Source of the DNA: Candidatus Moraniibacteriota bacterium
GTDB taxonomy: Bacteria > Patescibacteriota > Minisyncoccia > Moranbacterales > UBA1568
Assembly: GCA_049287005.1 (NCBI GenBank)
Contig: JBAQEZ010000003.1
Location: forward strand, 265,745-329,744
DNA length: 64,000 nucleotides
Direction: 5' to 3'
Every line of letters starts with the position of its first letter. Positions within the stretch are counted from its first letter, which is position 1. A program made the position numbers and the translations under genes. A model generated the notes under the pieces. It saw nothing but the letters and a program-made list of their open reading frames with translations, ran no database searches and was not told the origin of the DNA. Positions 1 through 9,814 of the stretch are shown here, in pieces.

Positions 1-573
1 CTCGAATATCTGGATGAATTGGAGCTGCCCTATACGATCAACACGCGTTTGGTGCGCGGACTCGATTATTATACGAAGACCGTGTTTGAAATCTGGTCCA
101 GCGACAAGGATGGGAAAAAATATTCGCTGGGCGGCGGCGGACGCTATGACCGCCTGATCCAAATGTTGGGCGGGGAAGCGACTCCGGCTATCGGTTTCGC
201 GCTGGGACTCGATCGCATCATCCTGGAGATGAAGCGGACCCAGGTCAAGCCGTATCAGGAGCCGAAAGCGCGGGTATTCTTGGCTCAGCTCGGTGATATG
301 GCTAAGAAAAAGAGTTTGAAATTATTTTCCGAGCTGGAAAGGAACAGTATCCTGATCGCGGAAAGTTTCGGCCGGGGGAGCCTGAAGTCACAGATGCGTG
401 TCGCCAATCGTTTGGGCGCGGAAGTGACTATCATTATCGGACAGAAAGAAGCGCTGGATGACACGGCTATCGTCAAAGATATGGTATCGGGCACGCAGGA
501 GACCGTGACGCACGCAAGGCTGGCGGACGCTGTGAAAAAGATTCTCAAAACCAATCAGGAACTGAAAGTATAG
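1..573 (+). CDS. hisS: histidyl-tRNA synthetase, C-terminal part (5' end lies outside the window)
   Basis: The translation has the class-II motif-3-like GGGRYDRL and a HisRS-type anticodon-binding C-terminus. The reading frame is open from base 1. Confidence 0.75.
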   Translation, partial: LEYLDELELPYTINTRLVRGLDYYTKTVFEIWSSDKDGKKYSLGGGGRYDRLIQMLGGEATPAIGFALGLDRIILEMKRTQVKPYQEPKARVFLAQLGDMAKKKSLKLFSELERNSILIAESFGRGSLKSQMRVANRLGAEVTIIIGQKEALDDTAIVKDMVSGTQETVTHARLADAVKKILKTNQELKV

Positions 574-703
574 GAAGGCTGGCCCGTGACTTGAATATTT
601 CCGCGAAAGGGTATAAGCTTTTAATCTGAGGTATCCGGCTGAGCGAGCGCTCATTTATTACTGTTTTTCCCTAAGTGGAAATGAGGAAAGGAGGTTGTTT
701 GTT

Positions 704-952
704 ATGATTCAAGTAAGAAAAAAAGAAAAGGAAACAGCTGAAAGTCTTATTCGGCGTTTTTCACGGCGCGTCCAACAAAGTGGCGTGCTCAGACAAGTCC
801 GCAAGATACGTTTTCATCAGCCGGAACAAAGCCGCGTGAAACGACGCGATGAAGCCTTGTATAAAGTGAAAATTCGCAAAGAAATCAGCCGTCTCAAGAA
901 ATTGGGAAAATTTGATGAGGATGCGCTCCGCGATATCAAGAAAAAGATGTAG
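704..952 (+). CDS. rpsU: 30S ribosomal protein S21
   Basis: MIQVRKKEKE...RRFSRRVQQSGVLRQVRK is a typical S21. AAGGAGG sits 9 nt upstream of the ATG at 704. The ORF track extends it to a TTG at 695. Confidence 0.8.
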   Translation: MIQVRKKEKETAESLIRRFSRRVQQSGVLRQVRKIRFHQPEQSRVKRRDEALYKVKIRKEISRLKKLGKFDEDALRDIKKKM

Positions 953-1067
953 AAATCTTGCCGTACGAAAAACCGTCCCTGCACTCGCCTGTTGGCGGAT
1001 GGGACGGTTTTTGTTTTGAGAAGAAACTTGCTATGATACAGAGGATAATTCGATTGTATAAAAGAGT

Positions 1068-1520
1068 ATGACGTTGTACGAAACTATCGGAGCGCATTTG
1101 AAAGAAGCGATGAAAGCGGGAGACGCGTCGCGTCGGGATACTTTGCGTCTGCTGCAAAGCGCTATGAAGAATGTGGCTATCGAGAAGCGTAAAGCCGCGG
1201 CGGAACTTTCTGACGCGGAGATCGAGGCTGTCCTGCGCCGTCTCGTTAAGCAGCGGAAAGACAGCGTCGAACAGTTTCGTACCGGCCATCGGGAAGATCT
1301 CGCCGTGAAGGAAGAGGCGGAACTGACTCTCTTGGCCGCGTATCTGCCTCAGGCGATGCCGGAGGAAGAACTCACGGCGCTTATCGAATCGGCTCTCAAG
1401 GAGTCTGGTATAACTGCCAAAGCTCAGATGGGTCAGGCGATGGGAGCAGTGATGAAGGCAGTCGCTGGACGCGCTTCAGGTGATGATGTACGGAGGATAG
1501 TCGAATCTTTGCTTTCATAA
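1068..1520 (+). CDS. GatB/YqeY domain protein
   Basis: The N-terminus ETIGAHLKEAMKAGDASRRDTLRLLQSAMKN and the overall helical architecture match YqeY-like proteins. Confidence 0.7.
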   Translation: MTLYETIGAHLKEAMKAGDASRRDTLRLLQSAMKNVAIEKRKAAAELSDAEIEAVLRRLVKQRKDSVEQFRTGHREDLAVKEEAELTLLAAYLPQAMPEEELTALIESALKESGITAKAQMGQAMGAVMKAVAGRASGDDVRRIVESLLS

Positions 1521-1523
1521 GAT

Positions 1524-1644
1524 AAAGCTTGCGAATTTGGCGCATTTCTTTGTTATAAGCTCCGATATTCGGCACGGTATTATGAAATACCGCTTACTCC
1601 GTTTCTCACTTGCGCCTCGAACCGCACTCAGATTCGCAAGCTTT
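1524..1644 (+). repeat. Structured intergenic element, copy A: a 13-bp perfect closing stem around a conserved core
   Basis: The stem AAAGCTTGCGAAT (1524-1536) pairs with ATTCGCAAGCTTT (1632-1644). The core contains GC(G/A)CATTTCTTTGTT, the internal hairpin GGTAT-tatgaa-ATACC, GCTTACTCCG and TTGCGCCTCGAAC. A second copy lies at 29053-29175. Confidence 0.6.
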
Positions 1645-1656
1645 ATATAATTCAAA

Positions 1657-2124
1657 TTGAATATGCATGTTGTCGTAGAATACACAGGAGAAGTCAAAAC
1701 TCCCTTCCGAGAGGATTTTTTTCAGAAGATTGCTTTGCGAACGCTTGAGGAATGTCGGTTTTCTTTTTTGGAGGGGAAGGAAATCAGCTTGAATGTCGTC
1801 GCTCTCTCACCGGAGAAAATCCAGGCGCTCAACGCCAAGTATCGCGGGAAAGATGGGGTGACGGATGTCTTGTCCTTCGGCGAGTATGGCGACAGGGAAT
1901 CTCTCGAACGGGGAGAGGAAGAAGAAATATTTTTGGGAGAGATCTTCGTTTGCCCGGCCTTTATCGAAACCGCAGCCAAAGAAGACGAGGTAACCTTCGA
2001 GCGTGAAATGGCGTATATTTTTTCACATGGCGTTTTGCATTTGGTGGGATATGATCACGAGGAAGAGATGTTCGCGATCCAAGAGGCGGTGACAGATGTT
2101 TTTACCGGAGAAAAAAGAGTATAA
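1657..2124 (+). CDS. ybeY: rRNA maturation endoribonuclease YbeY
   Basis: HGVLHLVGYDHEEE is the metal-binding H-x3-H-x5-H motif of YbeY. Confidence 0.85.
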   Translation: MNMHVVVEYTGEVKTPFREDFFQKIALRTLEECRFSFLEGKEISLNVVALSPEKIQALNAKYRGKDGVTDVLSFGEYGDRESLERGEEEEIFLGEIFVCPAFIETAAKEDEVTFEREMAYIFSHGVLHLVGYDHEEEMFAIQEAVTDVFTGEKRV

Positions 2125-2140
2125 TACGGATATAATCTAG

Positions 2141-2515
2141 ATGGTTTTCATTATGAACCGATTTTCTCGAAGTCTTTATTATGCGGTCAAGGGGATTTTT
2201 TTCGCGATACGCAATGAGAGAAATTTTCAGATTGAGATATGTGCAGGAATGGCGGTAGTCGTACTGATGATTGTCTTCCCTTTGTCTTCGTCTGAACGGT
2301 CACTTGTTGTTTTGTCCGTCTCTTTGGTATTGACTTTGGAACTGGCGAATACGGCGTTGGAACGAGTGATGGATATTTTGAAGCCGCGCGTTCATCCGTA
2401 TGCGCGGGTCATCAAGGACGTGATGGCTGGGGCGGTGCTTCTCGCTTCTCTTTCTGCGATTGCGATTGGAATAGTGATTTTTTCCCCCTATATTCTGACA
2501 TCCCTGCATCTGTGA
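2141..2515 (+). CDS. dgkA: prokaryotic diacylglycerol/undecaprenol kinase family protein
   Basis: About 120 aa with three transmembrane segments and an ELANTALERVMD motif that resembles the DgkA active region. Confidence 0.65.
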   Translation: MVFIMNRFSRSLYYAVKGIFFAIRNERNFQIEICAGMAVVVLMIVFPLSSSERSLVVLSVSLVLTLELANTALERVMDILKPRVHPYARVIKDVMAGAVLLASLSAIAIGIVIFSPYILTSLHL

Positions 2516-2528
2516 TCAGCTGAGTCCT

Positions 2529-2556
2529 TTGCGTTTGAAAACTTTCGGGGTATAAT
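2529..2556 (+). promoter_or_regulatory. Possible sigma70-type promoter upstream of ftsA (TTGCGT-16-TATAAT)
   Basis: TATAAT at 2551-2556 with TTGCGT 16 nt upstream. Confidence 0.3.
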
Positions 2557-2621
2557 GCAGAGTGAAGGAGCTCTGTTTTGGAGAGCTTGAATGTTTGATT
2601 TTGACTTTTTTCATTTATAAT

Positions 2622-3884
2622 ATGTCACGAGGCCATTATTATGTCGGTTTGGATATCGGCTCTGCAGAAATTCGGGCAGTGATCGCTCAAGAGATTTCTG
2701 CCGAGGAACCGTTGCGCGTTATCGGCGTCGGCATAGCCCCCTCTTTCGGTATGCGGCGCGGAGTGGTAGTGGATACGGATAGCGTGGCCAAGGCATGTAA
2801 CAGCGCCTTGGAACAAGCCGAACGTATGGCCGGGCACCCGGCGGAGAGTTTGGTGGCGAGCGTCAGCGGAACAGAAATTATCTGCCAGGACGCCTTAGGC
2901 GTGATTGCGGTCGGTCGAGCTGATGGAGAAGTCGTCGAAGATGATGTGGCGCGTGTTCTGGAAGAAGTGCAGGCGCGACTGAGTATGCCGCTCAATCGTG
3001 AGATCATTCATGTCATTCCTAAAGATTATCGTCTGGATGACCAGAAAAATATCAAAAATCCCATCGGTATGCGCGGAGTGCGGCTTGAGATGAACGCGCT
3101 CGTGGTGAGCGGGAGCACGGCACACCTGAAGAATATTTCTCGCAGCCTTGAACAGGCCGGAACGAGCGCGGAGAGTTTCGTGGTAGAGCCGCTGGCTTGT
3201 GCTGAGGCGGTGTTGTCTACCAAACAAAAGGAGCTGGGGACGGTGCTCATCAATATAGGTGGCAGTACCACGACGCTGGCCGTGTTTGAAGATGGAGATT
3301 TGCTGCACCTGGCTGTCTTGCCGGTGGGGAGCGGACACATTACCAACGATATCGCGATCGGACTCCGGACGTCGATCGAAGTGGCGGAAGCGGTCAAACT
3401 GCAATTCGGCAGCGCGATGCCTGAAGACATCAGCAAAAAAGAAGAGATCGATTTGAGCGTTTTTGATTCCCAGGAGGACGTCCTGGTATCACGTCGGCAC
3501 GTCGCAGAGATTATTGAAGCGCGCTTGGAAGAAATCTTTTCTTTCGCAAATGCGGAATTGAAAAATATCGGGCGCGAAGGGCTCTTGCCTGGTGGCGCGG
3601 TCTTGTCCGGCGGAGGAGCCCTCCTTCCTGGCGCGACCGATTTGGCCAAACAAGTGCTGCGGCTGCCCGTTCAAATCGGGTATCCGAAACCGCTTGGTGG
3701 CATCCTCGATCAAGTGGATACTCCGCAGTTTGCGACCGCTGTCGGATTGCTGCTTCTGGCGCAAGCGAACCATTCTCACAAAAGCTCTTTTTCTTCTTCA
3801 AACAAAATGATGAGCGCTCTTCCGGAAAGCGTGTATGATATAATAAGGAAGGTAAAGCGCTGGTCAAAACAATTCCTCCCATAA
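2622..3884 (+). CDS. ftsA: cell division protein FtsA
   Basis: YVGLDIGSAEIRAVIA is the actin-fold phosphate-1 motif, and the protein is FtsA-like along its length. The ATG at 2622 is preferred over the upstream ORF-track start. Confidence 0.9.
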   Translation: MSRGHYYVGLDIGSAEIRAVIAQEISAEEPLRVIGVGIAPSFGMRRGVVVDTDSVAKACNSALEQAERMAGHPAESLVASVSGTEIICQDALGVIAVGRADGEVVEDDVARVLEEVQARLSMPLNREIIHVIPKDYRLDDQKNIKNPIGMRGVRLEMNALVVSGSTAHLKNISRSLEQAGTSAESFVVEPLACAEAVLSTKQKELGTVLINIGGSTTTLAVFEDGDLLHLAVLPVGSGHITNDIAIGLRTSIEVAEAVKLQFGSAMPEDISKKEEIDLSVFDSQEDVLVSRRHVAEIIEARLEEIFSFANAELKNIGREGLLPGGAVLSGGGALLPGATDLAKQVLRLPVQIGYPKPLGGILDQVDTPQFATAVGLLLLAQANHSHKSSFSSSNKMMSALPESVYDIIRKVKRWSKQFLP

Positions 3885-3922
3885 GCGTTATCACAAAAAA
3901 TACATAAACAATAGAAGTTCTT

Positions 3923-3952
3923 CTCGGAAAACAGCGTTTTCCTGAGTTTTTT
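3923..3952 (+). terminator. Rho-independent terminator after ftsA
   Basis: The hairpin CTCGGAAAAC-agcg-GTTTTCCtGAG is followed by TTTTTT. Confidence 0.5.
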
Positions 3953-4098
3953 CGCTACCTTGACACCTTTTCTCGCGTTATGATAGAGTAATGAATCAGA
4001 AACTTTTCTGTCGGAAGGGGTTCCTGGAAAGCGGGAAAGGGAAGGTGTGGCATGGCGACTACTGATTATTTAACCAACTTTTTTTAAAGGGGACACAT

Positions 4099-5352
4099 AT
4101 GGCAGAGATCAAACCCGATATCGAAACGTTTGCGAAAATCAAGGTTGTGGGCGTTGGGGGTTCTGGAGGCAATGGTATTACGCGGATGATCGATGCCAAG
4201 ATTAAGGGCGTAGAATTTGTAGCGATCAATACGGATGCGCAGGCGCTCCATAATTCGAAGGCTCAGGAAAAAATCCATATCGGGAAGAATCTGACCAAAG
4301 GACTGGGTGCCGGTATGAATCCGGAAATCGGACGTCAAGCTGCTGAAGAGAATCGCGACGAAATCCAGGAAGTGCTGAAAGGCGCGGATATGGTATTCGT
4401 CACCTGCGGTTTGGGCGGTGGTACCGGATCCGGCGCGGCTCCGATCGTTGCGGAAACTGCCAAAGAATTGGGAGCGCTGACTGTCGGCGTCGTGACAAAA
4501 CCGTTTGCTTTTGAAGGATCGCAACGCCGTGCGATTGCCGAAGAAGCTCTCGCCAATTTGAAAGACCGTGTCGATACGCTGATTACGATCCCGAACGATA
4601 AACTGCTTTCCATCATTGACCGCAAGACAACACTCGTCAACGCGTTCCGTATCGTCGACGATGTGCTGCGCCAGGGCGTGCAGGGTATTTCCGATCTGAT
4701 TACCAAGCCGGGTATCGTGAATGTCGACTTCGCCGATGTGCGAGCTATTATGGAAGACAGCGGCAGTGCCCTCATGGGTATCGGTATCGCTTCCGGCGAC
4801 AATCGCGCGGTGGAAGCCGCCAAAGCAGCTATCAACAGCCCTCTCTTGGAACTTTCTATCGATGGTGCCAAAGGCGTGCTGTTCAATATTTCTGGTTCCA
4901 GCGATCTGACCATGCTGGAAATCAATGAGGCTGCCAGTATCATTACCGAAAATATCGATCCGAATGCCAAGGTTATTTTCGGGGCGGTGACGGATGATCA
5001 GATCCGCAAGGGCGAGATCCAAATTACGGTGGTTGCGACCGGTTTCGATGTGGCGCGTGTCAATGAACCCACGCTTGGACTGATTACCAATCGTTCCGTA
5101 TCTTCGGCACCCTCTTCTCAATCTCAGCCACGGTATGCGTCTCAGACGGAAGAAGACCGCGCGGAGGATGAAAAAAAAGAGGAACATGAAGATGAAATCC
5201 GTTTCTCCAGCCGGAAAGTCGAACAACCGGTGATGATCATCGAGGAAAAGATTCAGCCACGGAGTATCGCTCCACGCAACGAATCCAAAGAGTTGGTGGA
5301 AGAAGAAGATCTTGAGATTCCCGCGTTCATTCGCCGCAAGATGAAGAAATAA
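4099..5352 (+). CDS. ftsZ: cell division GTPase FtsZ
   Basis: [14 protein letters not shown] is the tubulin signature. There is an acidic C-terminal tail and a conserved C-terminal peptide ([11 protein letters not shown]). Confidence 0.95.
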   Translation: MAEIKPDIETFAKIKVVGVGGSGGNGITRMIDAKIKGVEFVAINTDAQALHNSKAQEKIHIGKNLTKGLGAGMNPEIGRQAAEENRDEIQEVLKGADMVFVTCGLGGGTGSGAAPIVAETAKELGALTVGVVTKPFAFEGSQRRAIAEEALANLKDRVDTLITIPNDKLLSIIDRKTTLVNAFRIVDDVLRQGVQGISDLITKPGIVNVDFADVRAIMEDSGSALMGIGIASGDNRAVEAAKAAINSPLLELSIDGAKGVLFNISGSSDLTMLEINEAASIITENIDPNAKVIFGAVTDDQIRKGEIQITVVATGFDVARVNEPTLGLITNRSVSSAPSSQSQPRYASQTEEDRAEDEKKEEHEDEIRFSSRKVEQPVMIIEEKIQPRSIAPRNESKELVEEEDLEIPAFIRRKMKK

Positions 5353-5500
5353 TCGTATCCTTTCTTCGTTCAAGCCACAGAAGAGGCGAAAGGAGCATAG
5401 GCTCCTTTTTCTTTTTTTCATCAGTTTGCTATAGTAGGAGCATCTTGAGCCCCGGCTTTCCCAAAAAGCTCATGAAGCTAAAAGCTAAAAAGCTATTCAT

Positions 5501-5947
5501 ATGCGTTGCCCCTTCTGCAATTTTGAAGACACGAAGGTAGTGGATTCGCGCGATACCCAGGAGGGTCGGGCTATCCGTCGCCGGCGTGAATGCGAGAAAT
5601 GTCAAGCCCGCTTCAGTACGTACGAGGAAGTGGAGATTTTTCATTTGCTGATTGTCAAGAAAGATGGACGCAAGGAAGAGTATGATCGAACCAAAATCGA
5701 ACACGGATTGGAGCGTGCCTTCGTGAAGCGTCCGGCAGCCGAAGAGCGTATCGAGAAAATCATGGGAGAAATAGAATACGCGTTGCATGAAAAGCAGGCG
5801 AGTGAAATTTCCAGCCGGGAAATCGGCACTCTCATCATGCAGAAATTGAAAGAAACCGATGAGGTGGCGTATATCCGTTTTGCGAGCGTCTACAAATCTT
5901 TCGGCAGCGCCAAGAGTTTTCTCAAGGCGTTGGAAACATTGGAGTAA
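5501..5947 (+). CDS. nrdR: transcriptional repressor NrdR
   Basis: MRCPFCNFEDTKVVDSRD...CEKCQARFSTYE is the NrdR zinc ribbon, followed by an ATP-cone. Confidence 0.9.
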   Translation: MRCPFCNFEDTKVVDSRDTQEGRAIRRRRECEKCQARFSTYEEVEIFHLLIVKKDGRKEEYDRTKIEHGLERAFVKRPAAEERIEKIMGEIEYALHEKQASEISSREIGTLIMQKLKETDEVAYIRFASVYKSFGSAKSFLKALETLE

Positions 5948-5956
5948 GAAATTTCT

Positions 5957-6178
5957 ATGTCAAAGATTTTCGTGAAGGTCATTCCGAAGGCGATGAAGAA
6001 TATGGTGGAGTGTATCGCGGAAGGGGAATACCGCGTACGGCTGACCAAGGCTCCGACTGACAATGAGGCGAATGAACAGCTGATGAAGATACTCGGCAAG
6101 CATTTCGGTATCGCACCGAGTCTGATACGTATTGTCTCGGGCGCCAATAGTCGGAAAAAAATTATCGAGTTGCCATAG
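5957..6178 (+). CDS. DUF167/YggU-family small protein
   Basis: About 73 aa; the IFVKVIPKA...VRLTKAP pattern is typical of UPF0235. Confidence 0.55.
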   Translation: MSKIFVKVIPKAMKNMVECIAEGEYRVRLTKAPTDNEANEQLMKILGKHFGIAPSLIRIVSGANSRKKIIELP

Positions 6179-6183
6179 GAGTT

Positions 6184-7665
6184 ATGCGCAAAGATCAGAT
6201 TCTGCTTGCGGCATGCCTGGGATATATCGGAGGAGTCTTCGCGGGCTCTTTTTTTGTTTTGCCGTGGTGGACTTTGTTGTTTGCGGTCTTCTTGCTGCTC
6301 GCCGTTGTGATAGCGTTTCCGCACAGCACGATATTCGCTTGCTTCCTTCCTCTTGGGTTATTCGCTTGTGGTACGTTTTTGGCCACTGCCGCTACGGATC
6401 ATTTTCGCTCGGGCGCGCTGTATCCGGGAGCGGTATCCGGTATGGCACGCGTGGTGGATGATCCGGAAGAAAAGAGTTTTTACCGGCAGGTTATCGTAGC
6501 GTTGGAGTCGTGCGTGAGCGAGCCGTGTCCGTCGGAGAAAATCCTTTGGCAGGCGCCGCGGACGGCAGCTATCGCCGCCGGAGCACGCGTCGCATTTTCC
6601 TGTTCGCTTGCATTGCCGGAGAATTTTGATCCGGCATTCGATTACCGCATGTTTCTGGCCAAGGATAATGTCGCTTACGTCTGTTCGAAAGCAGTGCAGG
6701 CGGATGTGTTGCCGGAAGATACGCGGGCGCGTTTGACGCGCCTCTTTTTCCTGCCGAAACGGGCATTCGAAACGGCGCTGAGCAAGAGTCTACCGCAGCC
6801 GGAAGCGGGATTGGCGGCGGGGCTTTTGATCGGCGGCGGCAATCGTCTGCCAGAAACGGTGCAAGCGGGATTCGTCACGGCGGGGCTTTCTCATATTGTC
6901 GCTATTTCCGGATACAACATCGCTCTCATCGCCCAAGGATTCGTGTTCCTCGGTATCGGTATCGGACTGTGGCGGAGACAAGCGCTCTGGTTCGCTATAG
7001 GAGGCGTCGCATTGTTTGTTTTTCTGGTCGGCGCTCCGGCATCGGCAGTCCGAGCCGGAGTGATGGGGGCGTGCGCCTTTGCGGCGCTTTTTTTCGGTAG
7101 GTTGTCACGAAGCATCAATATGCTGGTGCTCGCCGGAGCCGTGATGCTCTTTTTCCAACCGCTCCTCCTCCGTTATGATATCGGGTTTCAGCTTTCTTTT
7201 CTGGCGACACTGGCTATCATCGTCGCGGCACCATATGTGAACCGACTCGTGTCCAAAGAATTCTTCGGCAAGAGTTTCGTTGAAGCAGCGCTGATCACTT
7301 TTGCGGTGGAGCTTTTTGTTGTGCCATTGATTGCCTATCAATTTCATATTTTTTCTTCTTTTGCGCTTGTCATGAATATTCTTCTGCTCCCGCTGGTGCC
7401 GTATGCGATGGCGGCAGCGTTTATATCTGCGCTCGGATTTTTTCTTTTGCCAGGACTGCATATGCTGCCAGCCGGTATCGCTTATGGTTTTCTGCGCACG
7501 ATCACGTACGCCGTCGAACGATTGAATGCTGTTCCGAGTGCGAAATTCGAGGTGTCCATTCATCCTTGGGGGATTTTCCTCTGGTATACGCTTTTGTTCT
7601 TTGTTATTCTGATGACGCGAAGATATTCTATCCGGAAATATGTCCAAACAGAAAATATATCGTAG
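6184..7665 (+). CDS. comEC: ComEC/Rec2 competence channel, membrane (DUF4131 + competence) part
   Basis: A polytopic membrane protein carrying GLSHIVAISGYNIALIA, the core motif of the ComEC competence domain. Confidence 0.8.
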   Translation: MRKDQILLAACLGYIGGVFAGSFFVLPWWTLLFAVFLLLAVVIAFPHSTIFACFLPLGLFACGTFLATAATDHFRSGALYPGAVSGMARVVDDPEEKSFYRQVIVALESCVSEPCPSEKILWQAPRTAAIAAGARVAFSCSLALPENFDPAFDYRMFLAKDNVAYVCSKAVQADVLPEDTRARLTRLFFLPKRAFETALSKSLPQPEAGLAAGLLIGGGNRLPETVQAGFVTAGLSHIVAISGYNIALIAQGFVFLGIGIGLWRRQALWFAIGGVALFVFLVGAPASAVRAGVMGACAFAALFFGRLSRSINMLVLAGAVMLFFQPLLLRYDIGFQLSFLATLAIIVAAPYVNRLVSKEFFGKSFVEAALITFAVELFVVPLIAYQFHIFSSFALVMNILLLPLVPYAMAAAFISALGFFLLPGLHMLPAGIAYGFLRTITYAVERLNAVPSAKFEVSIHPWGIFLWYTLLFFVILMTRRYSIRKYVQTENIS

Positions 7666-8488
7666 GCTCCTAGTTCTTATTTTTTGCGCGGGCCTTTTTG
7701 CTGCGGGTATTTCGTGGCTGGAGGCTTATCAAAAAATAACCACCGTCACATTTCTCGCTGTCGGAGAAGGGGACGCCATACTCATCTCTCAGGGATCGAA
7801 TCAGATTCTCATCGACGGGGGACGGACAGGAAAGGACTTGCTTTCACGACTGGGAAGACGGATGCTATTCTGGGATCGGACGGTAGAAATTGTCATCGCG
7901 ACGCACCCCGACGCTGATCATATCGGCGGTTTTACCGATTTGCTTGTGGCGTATCATGTGGATAAATTTCTGTACACCGGGGCGGAGAGCAAAACGGAAA
8001 CATACGCGTTGTTGCAGAAAGCGCTGGCGGCACAATATACCGATATGCTCAAGATATTCCGTGGAGGTACGGTACGGTTGCCTGGCGGCGGAGACCTTTC
8101 TATCGAATATCCGCTCACGCCATTGCCTCAAGAGACGGCAGAGGCTAACACGGGGAGTATCGTGGCACGTTTCACCTATGGGGCGACGCAGATGTTGTTT
8201 ACGGGGGATTTACCGAGTGAGGAAACAGTGCTTCCGGACACGGCGCCGGTCGCTATTTTGAAGGTCGCGCATCACGGGTCTCGCTATTCGACTAGTGCGG
8301 CCTTTTTGGATCTCGTGAAACCGCAGGAAGCCGTCATTTCCGTGGGGAAGAATATGTACGGTCATCCGACCCTGGATGTTATAGAGCGTCTTTTGGAACA
8401 TCATGTACGGATCCACCGCACGGATACGGAGGGTGATATATCGTATCGGTGCACGGAAGAACTTGGAAAATGTGTTTTTGTGCAGTAA
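7640..8488 (+). CDS. comEC: ComEC C-terminal metallo-beta-lactamase domain, encoded as a separate, overlapping ORF in another frame
   Basis: One N-terminal TM helix is followed by FLAVGEGDAILI...HPDADHIGG, an MBL fold. It overlaps the upstream ORF by 26 nt. Confidence 0.75.
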   Translation: MSKQKIYRRLLVLIFCAGLFAAGISWLEAYQKITTVTFLAVGEGDAILISQGSNQILIDGGRTGKDLLSRLGRRMLFWDRTVEIVIATHPDADHIGGFTDLLVAYHVDKFLYTGAESKTETYALLQKALAAQYTDMLKIFRGGTVRLPGGGDLSIEYPLTPLPQETAEANTGSIVARFTYGATQMLFTGDLPSEETVLPDTAPVAILKVAHHGSRYSTSAAFLDLVKPQEAVISVGKNMYGHPTLDVIERLLEHHVRIHRTDTEGDISYRCTEELGKCVFVQ

Positions 8489-8644
8489 CAGCAAAAATTC
8501 TTTTGGTCGGCGAACGAGTCTCTGATTGCTCAAAACAATAAAAACTACCCTTACTCGGTGAGGCTGAGATTGATGAGAATTGCCAGGATTGTTTTTTTGT
8601 GTCATGCTTCTATAAAGCAGAATAATTGGTTTAGAAGCAATATT

Positions 8645-9250
8645 ATGGCGGCGCATCCGAAGAAAGAACGCTCATTCGTGATCATCAAGCCGGACGGCGT
8701 GCAGCGTGCCCTCATTGGCAGCATTATCGATCGTTTCGAGCGGACGGGATTGAAATTCATCGCCATGAAACTCATCGTGCCGAAGGCGGAGCAGTGCTGG
8801 GCGCATTATAACAAAGATGAAGCCTGGTTCTTGAAAAAAGGGACGCGTGTCCTTGAGGATCGTCAGGCACAAGGGCTGCCGGTGGAAAAAGAAGCGATTG
8901 AATATGGAAGAGATATCATCGGTCAGCTTGCTGATTTTATGACCTCTGGACCGGTACTGGCTTTTGTTGTCGAAGGAAATCAGTCAGTCGCTATTGTGAA
9001 GAAGCTTGTGGGAGGGACTGAGCCGACGACTTCCGATGTGGGAACGATCCGCGGTGATTTCACTGTCGATTCCTACACGCTTTCCAGCTTGGACAATCGT
9101 GCGGTACGCAATCTCGTGCATTGTTCGGATAGTCCGGAAGAAGCGGAGCGGGAGATTCCCATCTGGTTTGAGAAAAATGAACTGATTGGTTATCGCCTTG
9201 TCGGGGAGCAGATCCTCTACGATGTGAACCTCGACGGTATCTTGGAATAG
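8645..9250 (+). CDS. ndk: nucleoside diphosphate kinase
   Basis: ERSFVIIKPDGVQRALIGSIIDRFERTGLKFIAMK is the NDK N-terminal signature. The ATG at 8645 is preferred. Confidence 0.9.
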   Translation: MAAHPKKERSFVIIKPDGVQRALIGSIIDRFERTGLKFIAMKLIVPKAEQCWAHYNKDEAWFLKKGTRVLEDRQAQGLPVEKEAIEYGRDIIGQLADFMTSGPVLAFVVEGNQSVAIVKKLVGGTEPTTSDVGTIRGDFTVDSYTLSSLDNRAVRNLVHCSDSPEEAEREIPIWFEKNELIGYRLVGEQILYDVNLDGILE

Positions 9251-9286
9251 ACTTTTTCGCCTGAAAGCAGCTTCTTTTCTTGGGGG

Positions 9287-9315
9287 TTGCTTTTTTGATG
9301 TTTTTGTAGTATAAT
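9287..9315 (+). promoter_or_regulatory. sigma70-like promoter (TTGCTT-17-TATAAT)
   Basis: TTGCTT at 9287-9292, a 17-nt spacer, then TATAAT at 9310-9315. It would drive a transcript through 9322-9740 and possibly the tRNA-Pro. Confidence 0.4.
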
Positions 9316-9416
9316 GAGGTATTGGGAGCAGAACAGTGTTTCTAATGACAGCATGGTTCTTTGGTGCCCTGAGCAGGAAGACAGGGCGATTTTAGTGAAA
9401 AACAGGAGGAAAAAAA

Positions 9417-9623
9417 ATGGCGTGCAGCCATAATAAGCTCTGCCCGCATCGTGCCAGTCATAGCAAGTGTCGGAATGATGTTGCAAACGGTATCTGTAAA
9501 CCCCCGTCTGCCGTGAGGGTTGAGCTGCACTTGTCGCTCAGGGGCGTTGATGCCGAAGAGTTCAACAAGTTTCTCAGTCGTAATGGTGGCAAGATACCGG
9601 TGGCGGGTTTTTCCGGAAAATAA
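9417..9623 (+). CDS. hypothetical small Cys-rich protein (68 aa); it could instead be part of a noncoding leader
   Basis: AGGAGG lies 9 nt upstream of the ATG and the protein has four Cys in its first 27 residues. No family was recognised. Confidence 0.25.
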   Translation: MACSHNKLCPHRASHSKCRNDVANGICKPPSAVRVELHLSLRGVDAEEFNKFLSRNGGKIPVAGFSGK

Positions 9624-9743
9624 ATTTTCCGGCAAATAACAAGGAGACATCTCACAGGAGGCGACCAAGTATCATCTGGCCGCCTTTAAAATTTCCCCAA
9701 AAGTATGGTAGAGTGAGATGGTGCTTTTTGATATAAAGAATAG

Positions 9744-9814
9744 CGGGCTGTAGTATATCGGCAGTACGCGTGCATGGGGTGCACGTAGGCCGGGTTCGAT
9801 TCCCGGCAGCCCGA
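9744..9814 (+). tRNA. tRNA-Pro (anticodon GGG)
   Basis: Folded by hand: a 7-bp acceptor CGGGCTG/CAGCCCG with the bacterial tRNA-Pro-type C1-G72 pair; D stem GTAT/GTAC; anticodon stem CGTGC/GCACG with loop A-T-GGG-G-T (U33, G37); T arm CCGGG-TTCGATT-CCCGG; discriminator A; CCA not encoded. Confidence 0.75.

Noticed and set aside
2601-2621. TTGACT ... TATAAT promoter directly before the ftsA ATG
   Set aside because: The spacer is only 9 nt. The alternative TTGCGT-16-TATAAT at 2529-2556 is more plausible.
4084-5421. Long antisense ORFs in the ORF track, for example 4084..5421 minus overlapping ftsZ, 61254..63119-region plus-strand ORFs overlapping the GT-C gene, and 36486..37136 minus overlapping rplF
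   Set aside because: Each lies opposite a strongly supported conserved gene, is low-complexity or Arg/Ser-rich, and has no motif. They are typical shadow ORFs of GC-biased coding sequence.
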